The notes: generated from the letters alone by a model not told the origin. Counted from the first letter of the stretch, positions 1 to 10,000 are shown. The stretch is 49,516 nucleotides of DNA from an uncultured Planctomycetales bacterium (GCA_964487475.1 CAZAPM010000008.1:57187-106702), one strand, 5' to 3'. Program-made: numbers and translations.

Positions 1-71
1 CGTCCCAATATAGGGGTGTAAAAATACCTCAATTATATTGGGACGCATGGAGAGAAAGTAAGTAGCTTCAT

Positions 72-145
72 GCGGGTGTAATTCAATGGTAGAATAGCAG
101 CTTCCCAAGCTGCCCATGTCGGTTCGATTCCGATCACCCGCTCCA
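72..145 (+). tRNA. tRNA-Gly (anticodon CCC)
   Basis: Acceptor stem GCGGGTG/CACCCGC, anticodon arm GCAGC-TTCCCAA-GCTGC, T-loop GGTTCGATTCC, encoded 3' CCA. Confidence 0.96.
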
Positions 146-161
146 TTCTTTATACAGACAC

Positions 162-833
162 ATGGCAGGCTTCATTCATTCTCGGTCTCTCTGGTGGTGC
201 GTGATCCTACTGCTTCTCAACGGCTGCGCGACTGCCCCGGTCTCTCCCGTCACCGGCCCGGCAGGCACCCCTAAGCCTCCGGCAGGGATCCCCGGCATCT
301 ACCACAAGGTCAAAAAAGGGGAGACCCTCTGGCGCATCTCGAAGATGTACGGGATCGACCTGGCGGAACTGGCCCAGATCAACCGCATCGAGAACGCCGC
401 CAGCATCGAGATCGACCAGCAGATCCTCATCCCTCATCGCACCCAGCCCGTCCCCATCTGCATCGAGCCTGCCAACTCCGAAGAGTTCATCTGGCCGATC
501 AAAGGGACGGTGGTAGCCTCTTTCGGGCAATCATATAACAACATGATCTGCAAAGGGATCACCATAAAACCGCTGGGGGAATCGAAAGTGGTGGCGGCGC
601 GCACCGGCAAAGTGGTGTTCGCCGCGCAGGAGTTCGGCCGTTACGGCAAGACGGTGATCATCGATCACGGCGATGGGCTTTCCACGGTCTATACCGGAAG
701 CGGGGAAGTGCTCATCAAACCGGGGGAAATGGTATCCCAGGGCATGACGATCGCGCACGCCAGCGAGCACGTGCATTTTCAGATCCGTAAAGGATATACC
801 GCGCAAAATCCGTACTTTTATTTGCCGCGTTAA
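162..833 (+). CDS. LysM + M23 domain lipoprotein (NlpD-like)
   Basis: Lipobox LNGC, LysM YHKVKKGETLWRISKMYGI, M23 FIWPIKG...YGKTVIIDH...HVHFQIR. Confidence 0.88.
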   Translation: MAGFIHSRSLWWCVILLLLNGCATAPVSPVTGPAGTPKPPAGIPGIYHKVKKGETLWRISKMYGIDLAELAQINRIENAASIEIDQQILIPHRTQPVPICIEPANSEEFIWPIKGTVVASFGQSYNNMICKGITIKPLGESKVVAARTGKVVFAAQEFGRYGKTVIIDHGDGLSTVYTGSGEVLIKPGEMVSQGMTIAHASEHVHFQIRKGYTAQNPYFYLPR

Positions 834-842
834 GCATACCCC

Positions 843-2432
843 ATGAAAGACACGTTCTTCGGACGCAAACAGATCCTGGAATTGCTGCAGAAACGGGTTT
901 CCGACCTGGCCTTAGGGTACCGCCAGAACATCGCCATCATCGGCGATGAGCTGGTGGGGAAAAGCACCCTGATCTTCCGTTTCTTAAGCCGATTCAACCA
1001 TCCCCGGACGCTCCTCTGCTACATGGAGATCCGCCCCGAGACCCTGCACTCCTTCGCCCGACGGTACATCGGCATCCTGCTCTATACTTTGCTGACCAGT
1101 CAGCGCGCCGCGGCCAGGGAGGAGCTCGATTCGCTCCTCGCCGATAGCGCTGCCCGCGCCCCGCGCACGGTGGAAAAAGCCAGGGCGATCCTTTCCGCGG
1201 TTGAGAAACGGAAGAAGCTCTCCGTCTTCTCCGAACTCCTGTCCCTCTGCGACCTGATCCACCAGGAGACCGGGATGTTCTGCGTCATGATCCTGGATGA
1301 ATTCCAGAACCTGGAGAAGATGAACATCCCGCACCTCTACCAGGAATGGTCAAAAATGCTGCTGGTGCAGAAGACCACCCTTTACATCGTCATCAGCTCC
1401 CAGAAACACCGCGCGAAATCCATCCTCTCCAAGGACCTCTCGCTGCTCTTCGGCAACTTCGAAGTAGTCTCCGTCGATCCCTTCGACATCAAGACCAGCG
1501 AAGAGTACCTGCGGGAAAGGCTGGTGCATCCGGTGCCGGCGCCGGGAATGATCAATTTCATCGTGCATTTCACCGGGGGAGTGCCCTTTTACCTGGACCT
1601 GATCGCCGGTTCCCTGATCAAGGCACCCTTGAAGAAACTGGGGGATACCCTCGAAGAACTGCTTTTCGAGCCTTCCGGGATACTGAACCAGCGTTTCTCC
1701 AATTTCCTGCAGCGTTTCCAGGACACCAAATGCAGCGAGGAATACACGTCCCTGCTCTACCAGATCTCCTGCGGCCATCACCGGATCAAGGATATCGCCC
1801 ATCTGCTGCATAAGCCGCTTAAAGAGCTGCTGCCGCGCATCAACGACCTGCTGGAGTACAGCTGCATCAGCAAGACCGGGGACTTCCTCATCCTCAACGA
1901 CCGGGTGTTCGGCTTCTGGCTCAAGTTCGTCTACCAGGAGAAGCTGCAGTCCCTGACCTTCGACGCCAAGAACCAGAAGGCGCTCTTCCGCAACAACATC
2001 GAGACCATGATCCAGGAATACCTGCTCCAGGCGCAGAAACCCATCCTGGAACGCATGACGGAGCTGCTCCACCTCTTCGACGACGACGTCATCCAGATAG
2101 AGAAGAAGAAGCTCAAGCTCGACCACTTCCGCGAGATCAAGACCCTTTCCTTCGGCGCCAGAACGCTGCGGGAGGGGATCCTGGGACGCTCCAGCGACAG
2201 CATCTGGATCATGGCCTTCAAGAAGGAACAGGTCACGGAAGAGGACATCTCGGATTTCACCAAGGAGTGCAAGAAATACCGCAACAAGCCGCAGACCAAG
2301 ATCATCGTCACCGCGCGGGAAGTCGATACCAACGCCAAGCTGCGGGCAATGGAAGAGAAGATACACACCTGGGACCTGAACAACCTCAACCGGATCTTCG
2401 ACGTGTTCTGCAAACCAAGGATCATCGCATGA
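843..2432 (+). CDS. P-loop ATPase (archaeal-ATPase/AAA type) with winged-helix and possible restriction-endonuclease-like C-terminus
   Basis: FFGR start, Walker A GDELVGKS, Walker B MILDEFQ, TGGVPFYL motif. Confidence 0.72.
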   Translation: MKDTFFGRKQILELLQKRVSDLALGYRQNIAIIGDELVGKSTLIFRFLSRFNHPRTLLCYMEIRPETLHSFARRYIGILLYTLLTSQRAAAREELDSLLADSAARAPRTVEKARAILSAVEKRKKLSVFSELLSLCDLIHQETGMFCVMILDEFQNLEKMNIPHLYQEWSKMLLVQKTTLYIVISSQKHRAKSILSKDLSLLFGNFEVVSVDPFDIKTSEEYLRERLVHPVPAPGMINFIVHFTGGVPFYLDLIAGSLIKAPLKKLGDTLEELLFEPSGILNQRFSNFLQRFQDTKCSEEYTSLLYQISCGHHRIKDIAHLLHKPLKELLPRINDLLEYSCISKTGDFLILNDRVFGFWLKFVYQEKLQSLTFDAKNQKALFRNNIETMIQEYLLQAQKPILERMTELLHLFDDDVIQIEKKKLKLDHFREIKTLSFGARTLREGILGRSSDSIWIMAFKKEQVTEEDISDFTKECKKYRNKPQTKIIVTAREVDTNAKLRAMEEKIHTWDLNNLNRIFDVFCKPRIIA

Positions 2433-2944
2433 GCGCGCCGTCCGTCATCCGCATCGGGGTCATCTCTGATACCCACGTTCCCGAGCGGGCGCCGGACGTG
2501 CCGGCGCAGGCGCTCAAGGCCCTGCAAGGATCGGACATCATCCTGCACGCCGGGGATATCGTGGACTTGAAGGTCCTGCGCACCTTGAAGACCGTCTGCA
2601 GCGACGTGCGCGCGGTATGGGGGAACATGGACCCCGAGACCTCGCACGGCAAACTCAGCCAGAAACTCGTCTTCAAGGCGGGGGGGCTGACCATCGGGAT
2701 GATGCACGGATGGGGGCCTCCGGGCCAGCTCATCCCGCTGCTGCAGCGGGAATTCGCGAAGGATATGCCGGATATCATCGTCTTCGGCCATTCGCACCAG
2801 CCCACTGCGGAAACGGTCAAAGGGACGCTCTTCTTCAATCCCGGAAGCGCGACGGACACGGTGTTCGCCCCGTATCCGTCCGTCGGGATCATCACTATCA
2901 CAGGCGGGAAACCCCGCGCGGAGTTCGTAAAACTCGATGGATAA
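2429..2944 (+). CDS. Metallophosphoesterase (YfcE/MJ0936 family)
   Basis: SDTH, HAGD, GNMD, HG, GHSH and NPGS motifs; ATGA overlap with the upstream stop. Confidence 0.9.
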   Translation: MSAPSVIRIGVISDTHVPERAPDVPAQALKALQGSDIILHAGDIVDLKVLRTLKTVCSDVRAVWGNMDPETSHGKLSQKLVFKAGGLTIGMMHGWGPPGQLIPLLQREFAKDMPDIIVFGHSHQPTAETVKGTLFFNPGSATDTVFAPYPSVGIITITGGKPRAEFVKLDG

Positions 2945-3434
2945 GCTTTGGGCGCCCTGGCGCATTTCCTATATTTCCCACACCCTGGCCAAGAAGCACG
3001 CCAAGGGATGCCTTTTCTGCGGCGCGCGCAGGTCTCCCGCAGCGCATCCGGTCTTCCTCGACTCCGCGCATTCCTTCGGGATGCTCAATATCTTCCCTTA
3101 CAATAACGGGCACGTGATGGTCTGCCCGAAGCGCCATATCCGTTTTCTGGAACAGCTTACCGACGAGGAGATGCTCGACCTGCTCAAATCCGTCACCCGG
3201 GCCAAGCGGCTGCTGGACAAAACCCTCAAGCCCCAGGGGTACAACATCGGGATCAATATCTCGGACGTGGCAGGAGCGGGCATCAAGAACCACCTGCACA
3301 TCCACCTCGTGCCGCGCTGGAAAGGGGACACCAATTTTATGCCGGTCCTCGGCAACACCAAGGTCATCTCGCAATCCCTGCAGGAACTCCTGAAAATACT
3401 CCGCGCGGCACAACGCAAAGAGGAGGGACGCTGA
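2937..3434 (+). CDS. HIT family protein (Ap4A phosphorylase-like)
   Basis: LWAPWR, CLFC, PYNNGH, AGAG..HLHIHLVPRW. Confidence 0.92.
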   Translation: MDKLWAPWRISYISHTLAKKHAKGCLFCGARRSPAAHPVFLDSAHSFGMLNIFPYNNGHVMVCPKRHIRFLEQLTDEEMLDLLKSVTRAKRLLDKTLKPQGYNIGINISDVAGAGIKNHLHIHLVPRWKGDTNFMPVLGNTKVISQSLQELLKILRAAQRKEEGR

Positions 3435-4591
3435 TGGTCAGACCGCACACCGTCACCCAGTTCGAGACTTCCTTTTTGGCCCCGTATGCCATGAAAAGCT
3501 GCGATTCCAAAGGCCGGGAGTATAAAGAAAAAGAGCATTCCTACCGCTCCGCATACCAGCGGGACCGCGACCGGATCATCCACTCCACCGCCTTCCGCCG
3601 CCTCGAGTACAAGACACAGGTCTTCGTCAACCATGAGGGGGACGACTACCGCACCCGGCTGACCCATTCCGTGGAAGTCGCCCAGATCGCGCGCACCATC
3701 GCCTTCGCGCTGCGGCTGAACATCGACCTGACCGAAGCGGTGGCCCTGGCGCATGACCTGGGCCATACCCCCTTCGGGCATGCGGGAGAGGACACCTTGA
3801 ACGACCTGATGTCCGAGCACGGGGGGTTCAACCACAACCTCCACGGATTGCGGGTGGTGACCCTGCTGGAGGAACGCTACCCTGATTTTCCCGGCCTTAA
3901 CCTGACCTGGGAGGTGCGGGAAGGGATCATCAAGCATTCCACCGCCTTCGACAAGGCGGGCAATCTCGACGTCTACCTGCCCCAGGAAAGGCCCACGCTG
4001 GAAACGCAAATAGTTGACATCGCCGACGAAATCGCGTATGATAATCATGATATCGACGACGGGTTAAGCTCCGGCCTGCTGAAACTTAAAGACTTGGAAC
4101 GGCTGGACATATGGCGGATGGCGCACGCAAAGATCAAATCGCTCCATCCCGGGCCGCTTTCCGATGCGTACCGCATTCCCTGGACGATCCGCATTTTGAT
4201 CGACGTGCAGGTCACGGACCTGATCGGAGAGATCACTCAGACATTAAAGACCCTGCGCCCCAAAAATGCCGTCGACATCAAGCGGCATCCGGAAAAGATC
4301 GTGCGTTTTTCCCCGGATATGGCGCGGATGAAACACCAGCTCAAAGAAGTGCTCATGGAAAAACTCTACCGCCACTACCGGGTGGTGCGCATGAGCAACA
4401 AAGCGTCGCGTTTCATCCGCCAGCTTTTCGACGCCTACACCGATTCGCCGGGAGCGCTTCCGGAGCAGGTGCAGAAGCGTATCGAAAGCGACGGGGTACA
4501 CCAGGCCGTATGCGATTATATCGCCGGAATGACCGACAGGTACGCCTTAAATGAATACAAAAAACTATTTGACCCCTACGAAAAAGTATAA
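3434..4591 (+). CDS. dgt: Deoxyguanosinetriphosphate triphosphohydrolase
   Basis: RDRDRIIHS..FRRLEYKTQV, RTRLTHS, AHDLGHTPFGHAGE, DYIAGMTDRYA. Confidence 0.95.
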   Translation: MVRPHTVTQFETSFLAPYAMKSCDSKGREYKEKEHSYRSAYQRDRDRIIHSTAFRRLEYKTQVFVNHEGDDYRTRLTHSVEVAQIARTIAFALRLNIDLTEAVALAHDLGHTPFGHAGEDTLNDLMSEHGGFNHNLHGLRVVTLLEERYPDFPGLNLTWEVREGIIKHSTAFDKAGNLDVYLPQERPTLETQIVDIADEIAYDNHDIDDGLSSGLLKLKDLERLDIWRMAHAKIKSLHPGPLSDAYRIPWTIRILIDVQVTDLIGEITQTLKTLRPKNAVDIKRHPEKIVRFSPDMARMKHQLKEVLMEKLYRHYRVVRMSNKASRFIRQLFDAYTDSPGALPEQVQKRIESDGVHQAVCDYIAGMTDRYALNEYKKLFDPYEKV

Positions 4592-5636
4592 GGCGCTGGT
4601 CTCGGCGGTACATAGCGTCTTTAGGCTGCTTAATTCCACCTACGAGCTCAAGGACCTGGTCCCGCGGCTGGCCAAGCTCATCTGCCAGGTCTTCAACGCG
4701 CATTACTGCGTGGTGCTGCTCCTCGACTCCAACAAGGGTTTTTCCTCCCTTAAGTGCGTCATCAACGACCGCAAAAAGATCATCATCGACAAGAAAGCCA
4801 AGATCACCAACCGGCTGGAACGCAGGATGGTAAGGACCTTAACGTCCGTGCGCAACGACGGGCTGCTCGCGGTACCCCTGGTCAGCGACGACATCATCGG
4901 GGTGATCATCATCCGCCGCCATGCTTCGGGCACGCCCTTCGACCGCTTCGACCAGGAGATCCTCATGACCATGGTGGAGCAGTCGGTCATCGGGATCAAG
5001 AACCTGCAGCTGTACGAGGAACAGCAGAAGATCGTCTTCGGGAGCATCAAGGCGTTGTGCACCATGCTCGACATCCGCGTGCCCAGGGAATACACCCATT
5101 CCCCGTATTTCAGCACCCTGGTCACGGCGATAGGGGAGCAGATGCATTTGGACGAGAAACAGCAGCAGGCGCTCAAGTACGCCAGCCTGCTGCATGACGC
5201 CGGAAAAGCCGACATCCCGCTGGCGATCCTCACCAAGACGGGCAAGCTCACCGCCAACGAATACGACATCATCAAGAACCACCCGCTCAAAGGAGCGCAG
5301 ATCCTCCGCCACCTGCAGGTCTTAAAGCCCGTCATCCCTATCATCATGCACCATCATGAGCGTTATGACGGCACCGGGTATCCCTCACGGCTGAAAAAAA
5401 ACCAGATCCCCCAGGGTGCGCGCATCATGACGGTAGCCGACGCCTTCGAAGCGATGGTGTACGGCCGTCCCTACCGCGAACGCATGACCACGGAGGAAGC
5501 TATCCGCGAGATCAGGCGTAAAAGCGGCACCCAGTTCGACCCCAGGGTAGTGGACGCCTTCCTCAAGATCATCAAGAAGGTCAAGACAAAAAAATACTTG
5601 CAACCTTCGGGAAAAAAAGCAATAATAATGGGTTAA
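4551..5636 (+). CDS. GAF + HD-GYP cyclic dinucleotide phosphodiesterase
   Basis: LLHDAGK, HHERYDGTGYP, VADAFEAM..RPYR, GTQFDP. Confidence 0.9.
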   Translation: MNTKNYLTPTKKYKALVSAVHSVFRLLNSTYELKDLVPRLAKLICQVFNAHYCVVLLLDSNKGFSSLKCVINDRKKIIIDKKAKITNRLERRMVRTLTSVRNDGLLAVPLVSDDIIGVIIIRRHASGTPFDRFDQEILMTMVEQSVIGIKNLQLYEEQQKIVFGSIKALCTMLDIRVPREYTHSPYFSTLVTAIGEQMHLDEKQQQALKYASLLHDAGKADIPLAILTKTGKLTANEYDIIKNHPLKGAQILRHLQVLKPVIPIIMHHHERYDGTGYPSRLKKNQIPQGARIMTVADAFEAMVYGRPYRERMTTEEAIREIRRKSGTQFDPRVVDAFLKIIKKVKTKKYLQPSGKKAIIMG

Positions 5637-5646
5637 TGTAGCGGGA

Positions 5647-6222
5647 ATGGAAAAACAGGATTATTCCCAGCTGGAATTGTTCTCGCAGACGCCGCATTCG
5701 CCGCCGTCCCGGCAGAACCTTCCCGGTTCGTTCAGGTCGTATATACGCACCTACGAGAAGGTACTCCTGCTGACGATCGGTATGCTGATACTGGCGACGG
5801 TGGCATATTCCCTGGGGATGGAGCGGGGCAAACGCTCTTTGAGCGGTGCGCCGGCGCAGCGGGCGGAGCAGGAAGTCGCGGCGCAGGAACCGGCGCCGGT
5901 GGTAAAAACCGCGGCGGCAGAAACACCGCTGACCGTCGAAAAACCCGCGCCTGCGGCGGCCGTGAAGCCGAAAGCAGCCGCGAAAACAGCCGCCAAACCC
6001 GCAGGCCAGCCGTATTCGATACAGATCGCAAGCTATTCCCAGCGGTCATACGCGCAGGCGGCGGCGGATACGCTCAAGAAACAGGGATACCGGACCACGC
6101 TTATCCCCAAAGGGAAATTCACCGTCCTGTGCATCGGGCCTTTCGGCGACAAAGCTGCCGCCCAGGCACACCTGACGAAACTGAAGAAACAGTACCAAGG
6201 ATGTTTTATAAGGAGGTTGTGA
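5647..6222 (+). CDS. SPOR domain membrane protein
   Basis: One TM segment, Ala/Pro linker, C-terminal YSIQIASY...IGPF. Confidence 0.85.
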   Translation: MEKQDYSQLELFSQTPHSPPSRQNLPGSFRSYIRTYEKVLLLTIGMLILATVAYSLGMERGKRSLSGAPAQRAEQEVAAQEPAPVVKTAAAETPLTVEKPAPAAAVKPKAAAKTAAKPAGQPYSIQIASYSQRSYAQAAADTLKKQGYRTTLIPKGKFTVLCIGPFGDKAAAQAHLTKLKKQYQGCFIRRL

Positions 6223-6226
6223 ACAC

Positions 6227-6496
6227 ATGTCTATTCATCCGTCTCTGGCATCAGCAAGCAAAAGCACCAAGCAGCGCTCCGTGCTCAAACGCACCGAACG
6301 CCTGCGCAGCATGATGGAAAAGAACACCTGGAAGGACGGGGATAAGGTCTTCGGGCTCCCCAAGATCAAGGCGATCCGCATCAAGATGATGAAGAAGGAA
6401 AAAGCCGCGGATAAACCTGCTGAAGGAGCGGCCGCAGGCGCTGCACCCGCCGCGGGCGCGAAGGAAGCAGCTGCCAAAGCCCCTGCCAAAAAATAA
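6227..6496 (+). CDS. PVC-superphylum small basic (signature) protein
   Basis: MSIHPSL...RSVLKRTERL...W..GD.VFGLPK followed by a Lys/Ala tail; SD AGGAGG upstream. Confidence 0.85.
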   Translation: MSIHPSLASASKSTKQRSVLKRTERLRSMMEKNTWKDGDKVFGLPKIKAIRIKMMKKEKAADKPAEGAAAGAAPAAGAKEAAAKAPAKK

Positions 6497-6507
6497 GGGA
6501 GGCCGTC

Positions 6508-7305
6508 ATGAAACGCCTTCTGGCTTTACTGGTACTGCTGGCGGGGATGATCTCAACCGCGGCATTTCCGTTGCCGGCGATGGCACAGGCGCAGGAACAA
6601 GCGCCGGTGTCCTTCCCCTTTGAAGGTGAGATCAATACCGACGGAGCAAATGTACGGCTGGATTCGACGGTAGGCGCGCAGGTGCTCTGCACCATGCAGC
6701 GCACCGAGCCGGTCGAGGTCATCGCACAGCTCTATGACTGGTACAAGATACGGCTGCCCAAAAGCGCGCCGGCATTCGTGCATAAAAGCCTGGTCGCGCC
6801 CGTTGACGGCAAGACCATCCGGGTGATGAAGTCGAACGTCAACGTCCGGATGGGAGCGAGCGAGAACACCCCCATCCTGGGCAAAGTGGGCGTCGACGAA
6901 GTGCTTACCGTGGTCGGCGACGGGGGGGAGTGGTTCAGGATCGAAGCTCCCCGCACTACCTACGGCTGGATCAACAAGAAACTGGTGCATCCTTTCCGCA
7001 CCGGGATCGCCCAGATGAAGAAAGCTCCCGAGGCGCCTGTGAAAAAGGCGCCCGAGGCGGAGCCTCTGGGAAAGGACGAGGTGCGCATCATCGGCACCAT
7101 CGGGCCCTACGGCAAGGTGATCAAACGCCCGGCCACCCACAAGCTGACCGCCGAGGACGGCACGGTCTACCTGCTTAAGGGCAACCAGCAGAGCTTGAAC
7201 GCCCTGTATTACCGGAAAGTACGCATCACGGGCAAAGTGACCCCGCAGAAAAAAGCCTCTCTGCCCCCGGTCGTGGAAGCCCGGCAGATCGAGTTGCTCG
7301 AGTGA
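6508..7305 (+). CDS. Exported protein with two bacterial SH3 domains
   Basis: Signal peptide; two NVR...W(Y/F).I repeats. Confidence 0.82.
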   Translation: MKRLLALLVLLAGMISTAAFPLPAMAQAQEQAPVSFPFEGEINTDGANVRLDSTVGAQVLCTMQRTEPVEVIAQLYDWYKIRLPKSAPAFVHKSLVAPVDGKTIRVMKSNVNVRMGASENTPILGKVGVDEVLTVVGDGGEWFRIEAPRTTYGWINKKLVHPFRTGIAQMKKAPEAPVKKAPEAEPLGKDEVRIIGTIGPYGKVIKRPATHKLTAEDGTVYLLKGNQQSLNALYYRKVRITGKVTPQKKASLPPVVEARQIELLE

Positions 7306-7919
7306 ACATCGCAGAACTGCTCATCTCCTTCGGGATACTGATCGTTGCCATGACCGTGCATGAGTTCGCGCACGCCTTCGTGGCCGACAAGCTCGGGGAC
7401 TCCACCGCCAGGCATTCCGGCCGGCTGACCTTGAACCCCCTGGCGCACATCGACCTGATCGGCACGATCCTGCTGCCCCTGTTCCTTTACCTGCAGACCC
7501 AGGGCAGGTTCGTATTCGGCGCGGCCAAACCCGTTCCCGTGGATTACCGCTCCCTAAAAAATCCCAAGAGGGACATGATCTGGATCGGATTAAGCGGCCC
7601 GGCCGCCAATCTGCTGCTGGCCGCGGGCTTGACCATCCTGATCAGGACAGTACCGATGCCGGTACTGGCACTCGTGCTGCTGCTTCGGCTTATCATCATC
7701 AACGTAGTATTGGGGACCTTCAACCTTATCCCCATCCCGCCCCTGGACGGGTCCAGGGTGCTGATGGGGATGCTCCCGGATAACGCGGCATACGCTCTTG
7801 CCCGGCTTGAACCCTACGGCTTCATGATCCTGGCGGGGCTTATGTTCCTGACCCCCTTCGGGGCCTTTACCTGGGCGGCGGCGGAGTTCGTGCTGCGGCT
7901 GCTGGGGATACAAGGATGA
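7302..7919 (+). CDS. Site-2 protease family (M50) membrane metalloprotease
   Basis: HEFAH, GRLTLNPLAHID, FNLIPIPPLDG. Confidence 0.93.
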   Translation: MNIAELLISFGILIVAMTVHEFAHAFVADKLGDSTARHSGRLTLNPLAHIDLIGTILLPLFLYLQTQGRFVFGAAKPVPVDYRSLKNPKRDMIWIGLSGPAANLLLAAGLTILIRTVPMPVLALVLLLRLIIINVVLGTFNLIPIPPLDGSRVLMGMLPDNAAYALARLEPYGFMILAGLMFLTPFGAFTWAAAEFVLRLLGIQG

Positions 7920-9013
7920 CCATGACCACACGCATCGCGGTAGCGCTCGACAAACGCTCATACCCGATCCTGATCGGAACGGGGATACTGGAAAAACTCG
8001 GGGCCGCCTGCCGGGTGCGGTTCCCCGCGCACGGCGCGTTCGTCGTCTCCAATCCAACGGTCTGGGCGCTGCACGGGAACCGGCTTAAGGGATCGCTCTC
8101 GCATGCGGGCATCCCGGTCAAGGTATGCCTGGTGGAGGACACCGAACGAAGCAAGTCCCTGCGCACCGCAGAGTCCCTGCTGGAGGAGATGGCCGACTTC
8201 AGCCGCGGGAAAAAGATATTCGCCGTGGCCTTCGGCGGGGGAGTGGTCGGAGACCTGGCGGGATTTTGCGCGTCGGTGTTCAAACGCGGCACTGCCTGCG
8301 TCCAGGTGCCCACCACGCTGCTGGCCCAGGTGGATTCCGCGATCGGAGGAAAGACCGCGGTCGATCTACCCCAGGCCAAGAACCTGGTCGGGACCTTCCA
8401 TCAACCGGTAATGGTCTACAGCGATACCTCGCTTCTGTCCACCTTGCCTGCCGCGCAGGTGCGCAACGGGATGGCGGAAGTCATCAAATACGCCTGTATC
8501 AGCGACAAAAGCCTCTTCACGCTTTTGGAGCATGAAGAGGCCGCGCTGCGCTCCCTCGATCCCAAGGCGCTCGCCGGGGTCATCGTACGCTGCAGCCGCA
8601 TCAAAGCCCGGCTGGTATCCCAGGACGAGAGGGAGGAAAAGGGAATACGCACCATCCTCAACTTCGGGCACACCGCCGGCCACGCCATAGAAGCGGCCTC
8701 TGGATACAAAGGGTACGGACACGGGGAAGCCGTAGCCTTAGGGATGCGCATCGCCTGCGCGCTCAGCCGCTCACTGACGGGACTGAAAGAAGAAGACGCC
8801 TCCAGGATCGAAGCCCTGCTTAACGCATACGGACTGCCCCGCGCCCTCAAAGGACTGGCCCTGGCAAAGGTGCTCGGCGCGATGTCCCTGGACAAAAAAT
8901 CCCTCGGGGCGAAGAACACCTGGGTCTTGCTGAAAGGTATCGGCAGGAGTGCGGTAGTGCACGGGGTGAAGATGGAACACATACGCCGCGCGGTCGCGGC
9001 CAGGATGGCGTAA
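7916..9013 (+). CDS. aroB: 3-dehydroquinate synthase
   Basis: GGGVVGDLAGF, PTTLLAQVDSAIGGKTAV, LNFGHT.GHAIE, HGEAVA. Confidence 0.96.
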   Translation: MTMTTRIAVALDKRSYPILIGTGILEKLGAACRVRFPAHGAFVVSNPTVWALHGNRLKGSLSHAGIPVKVCLVEDTERSKSLRTAESLLEEMADFSRGKKIFAVAFGGGVVGDLAGFCASVFKRGTACVQVPTTLLAQVDSAIGGKTAVDLPQAKNLVGTFHQPVMVYSDTSLLSTLPAAQVRNGMAEVIKYACISDKSLFTLLEHEEAALRSLDPKALAGVIVRCSRIKARLVSQDEREEKGIRTILNFGHTAGHAIEAASGYKGYGHGEAVALGMRIACALSRSLTGLKEEDASRIEALLNAYGLPRALKGLALAKVLGAMSLDKKSLGAKNTWVLLKGIGRSAVVHGVKMEHIRRAVAARMA

Positions 9014-9018
9014 AGGAC

Positions 9019-9507
9019 CTACCTCGTAGAGGAAAGCACGACCGGCTCTCCCGAACACATCAATTCGACCTTCTGACGGGTGATCTTGACCACGGTACAC
9101 CCGAAACACTTATCCTTTTCCCGGACGATCTCCTCATTGATAAGCGCATAACTTCCGTCACCCGCATACACGATCCCCTGCAAAGTCAGCTCAGGACGGG
9201 GGCGAGCGGCTGATCCGGGCACGGAAGAAGTGCCTTCCCATTGGGGGGAAGGAACCGGAGAGGAGGCAGGTTCGGGAACCGCAGGCGTGACCGGCGCCGG
9301 CGCCTCGGCCGGCTGCGCCACTGGGGGCTTCAACGCAGGCAGCGTCACACGGGTGACTTCCATCTCCTGGCGCAGGTACATGAAACTCGCCTGAGCACTG
9401 GCCGCTCCCAGAAGCAACCCGAGCGCCGTGATCAGGACCAGTTTTTTAGGAAAAGCCGCCTTCTTCACGGCTTCCTGAGCCTGCACCTGAGGTGTCGTGT
9501 TTTCCAT
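9019..9507 (-). CDS. GspB-like/type II secretion-associated membrane protein
   Basis: TM segment, Pro-rich linker, C-terminal LQGIVY...ALINEEIVREKD; start re-assigned to MENTT, 6 nt after TATAAT. Confidence 0.62.
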   Translation of the reverse strand: MENTTPQVQAQEAVKKAAFPKKLVLITALGLLLGAASAQASFMYLRQEMEVTRVTLPALKPPVAQPAEAPAPVTPAVPEPASSPVPSPQWEGTSSVPGSAARPRPELTLQGIVYAGDGSYALINEEIVREKDKCFGCTVVKITRQKVELMCSGEPVVLSSTR

Positions 9508-9570
9508 ACCCGTATTATAACAAATTACCGCAGGATGTAAAGGGCCGGATGCGCACCGCCGACGATTATA

Positions 9571-9599
9571 TTGACAGTCGAAGTATTGTATGGTATAGT
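9571..9599 (+). promoter_or_regulatory. Sigma70 promoter for the PilZ-led operon
   Basis: TTGACA-17 bp-TATAGT. Confidence 0.65.
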
Positions 9600-9623
9600 T
9601 CTGATGGATCAGGAAGAGGTTAT

Positions 9624-9965
9624 ATGTCGCAGGGCGCCGAAGAAAAACGGATCTATCCGCGTGTCGAGTACAAGGTGCCGGTGAGGTGCCAGGTACGGGG
9701 CGCGCAAGAAGCATTGAACACCCTCGCGGACAATATCAGCGCGGGTGGCCTGCGTTTCACCGACTACCATTATCTCGCTCCGAACACATACCTCAACCTT
9801 GAAGTGGGAGTGCTTTCCCGGTTCTTTAACGCGGTCGGAAAGATCGCCTGGACCCAGCATTTGCCGCACACCAACCAGTACCGCATGGGCGTCTCCTTCC
9901 AGGAGATCGATCTGCGCAGCCGGGAATACTTACAAGATTTCGTCAGTTTGCATCACGCAGAGTAA
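9624..9965 (+). CDS. PilZ domain protein
   Basis: RIYPR and NISAGG motifs; start at MSQG after an SD-like GGAAGAGG. Confidence 0.85.
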   Translation: MSQGAEEKRIYPRVEYKVPVRCQVRGAQEALNTLADNISAGGLRFTDYHYLAPNTYLNLEVGVLSRFFNAVGKIAWTQHLPHTNQYRMGVSFQEIDLRSREYLQDFVSLHHAE

Positions 9966-10000
9966 CTTCACCAGGTAAAGAAAGGAAGGGCTTTTGATCG

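Noticed and set aside
72..145. tRNA-Gly as an integration site
   Set aside because: No integrase and no duplicated tRNA 3' end seen in the window.
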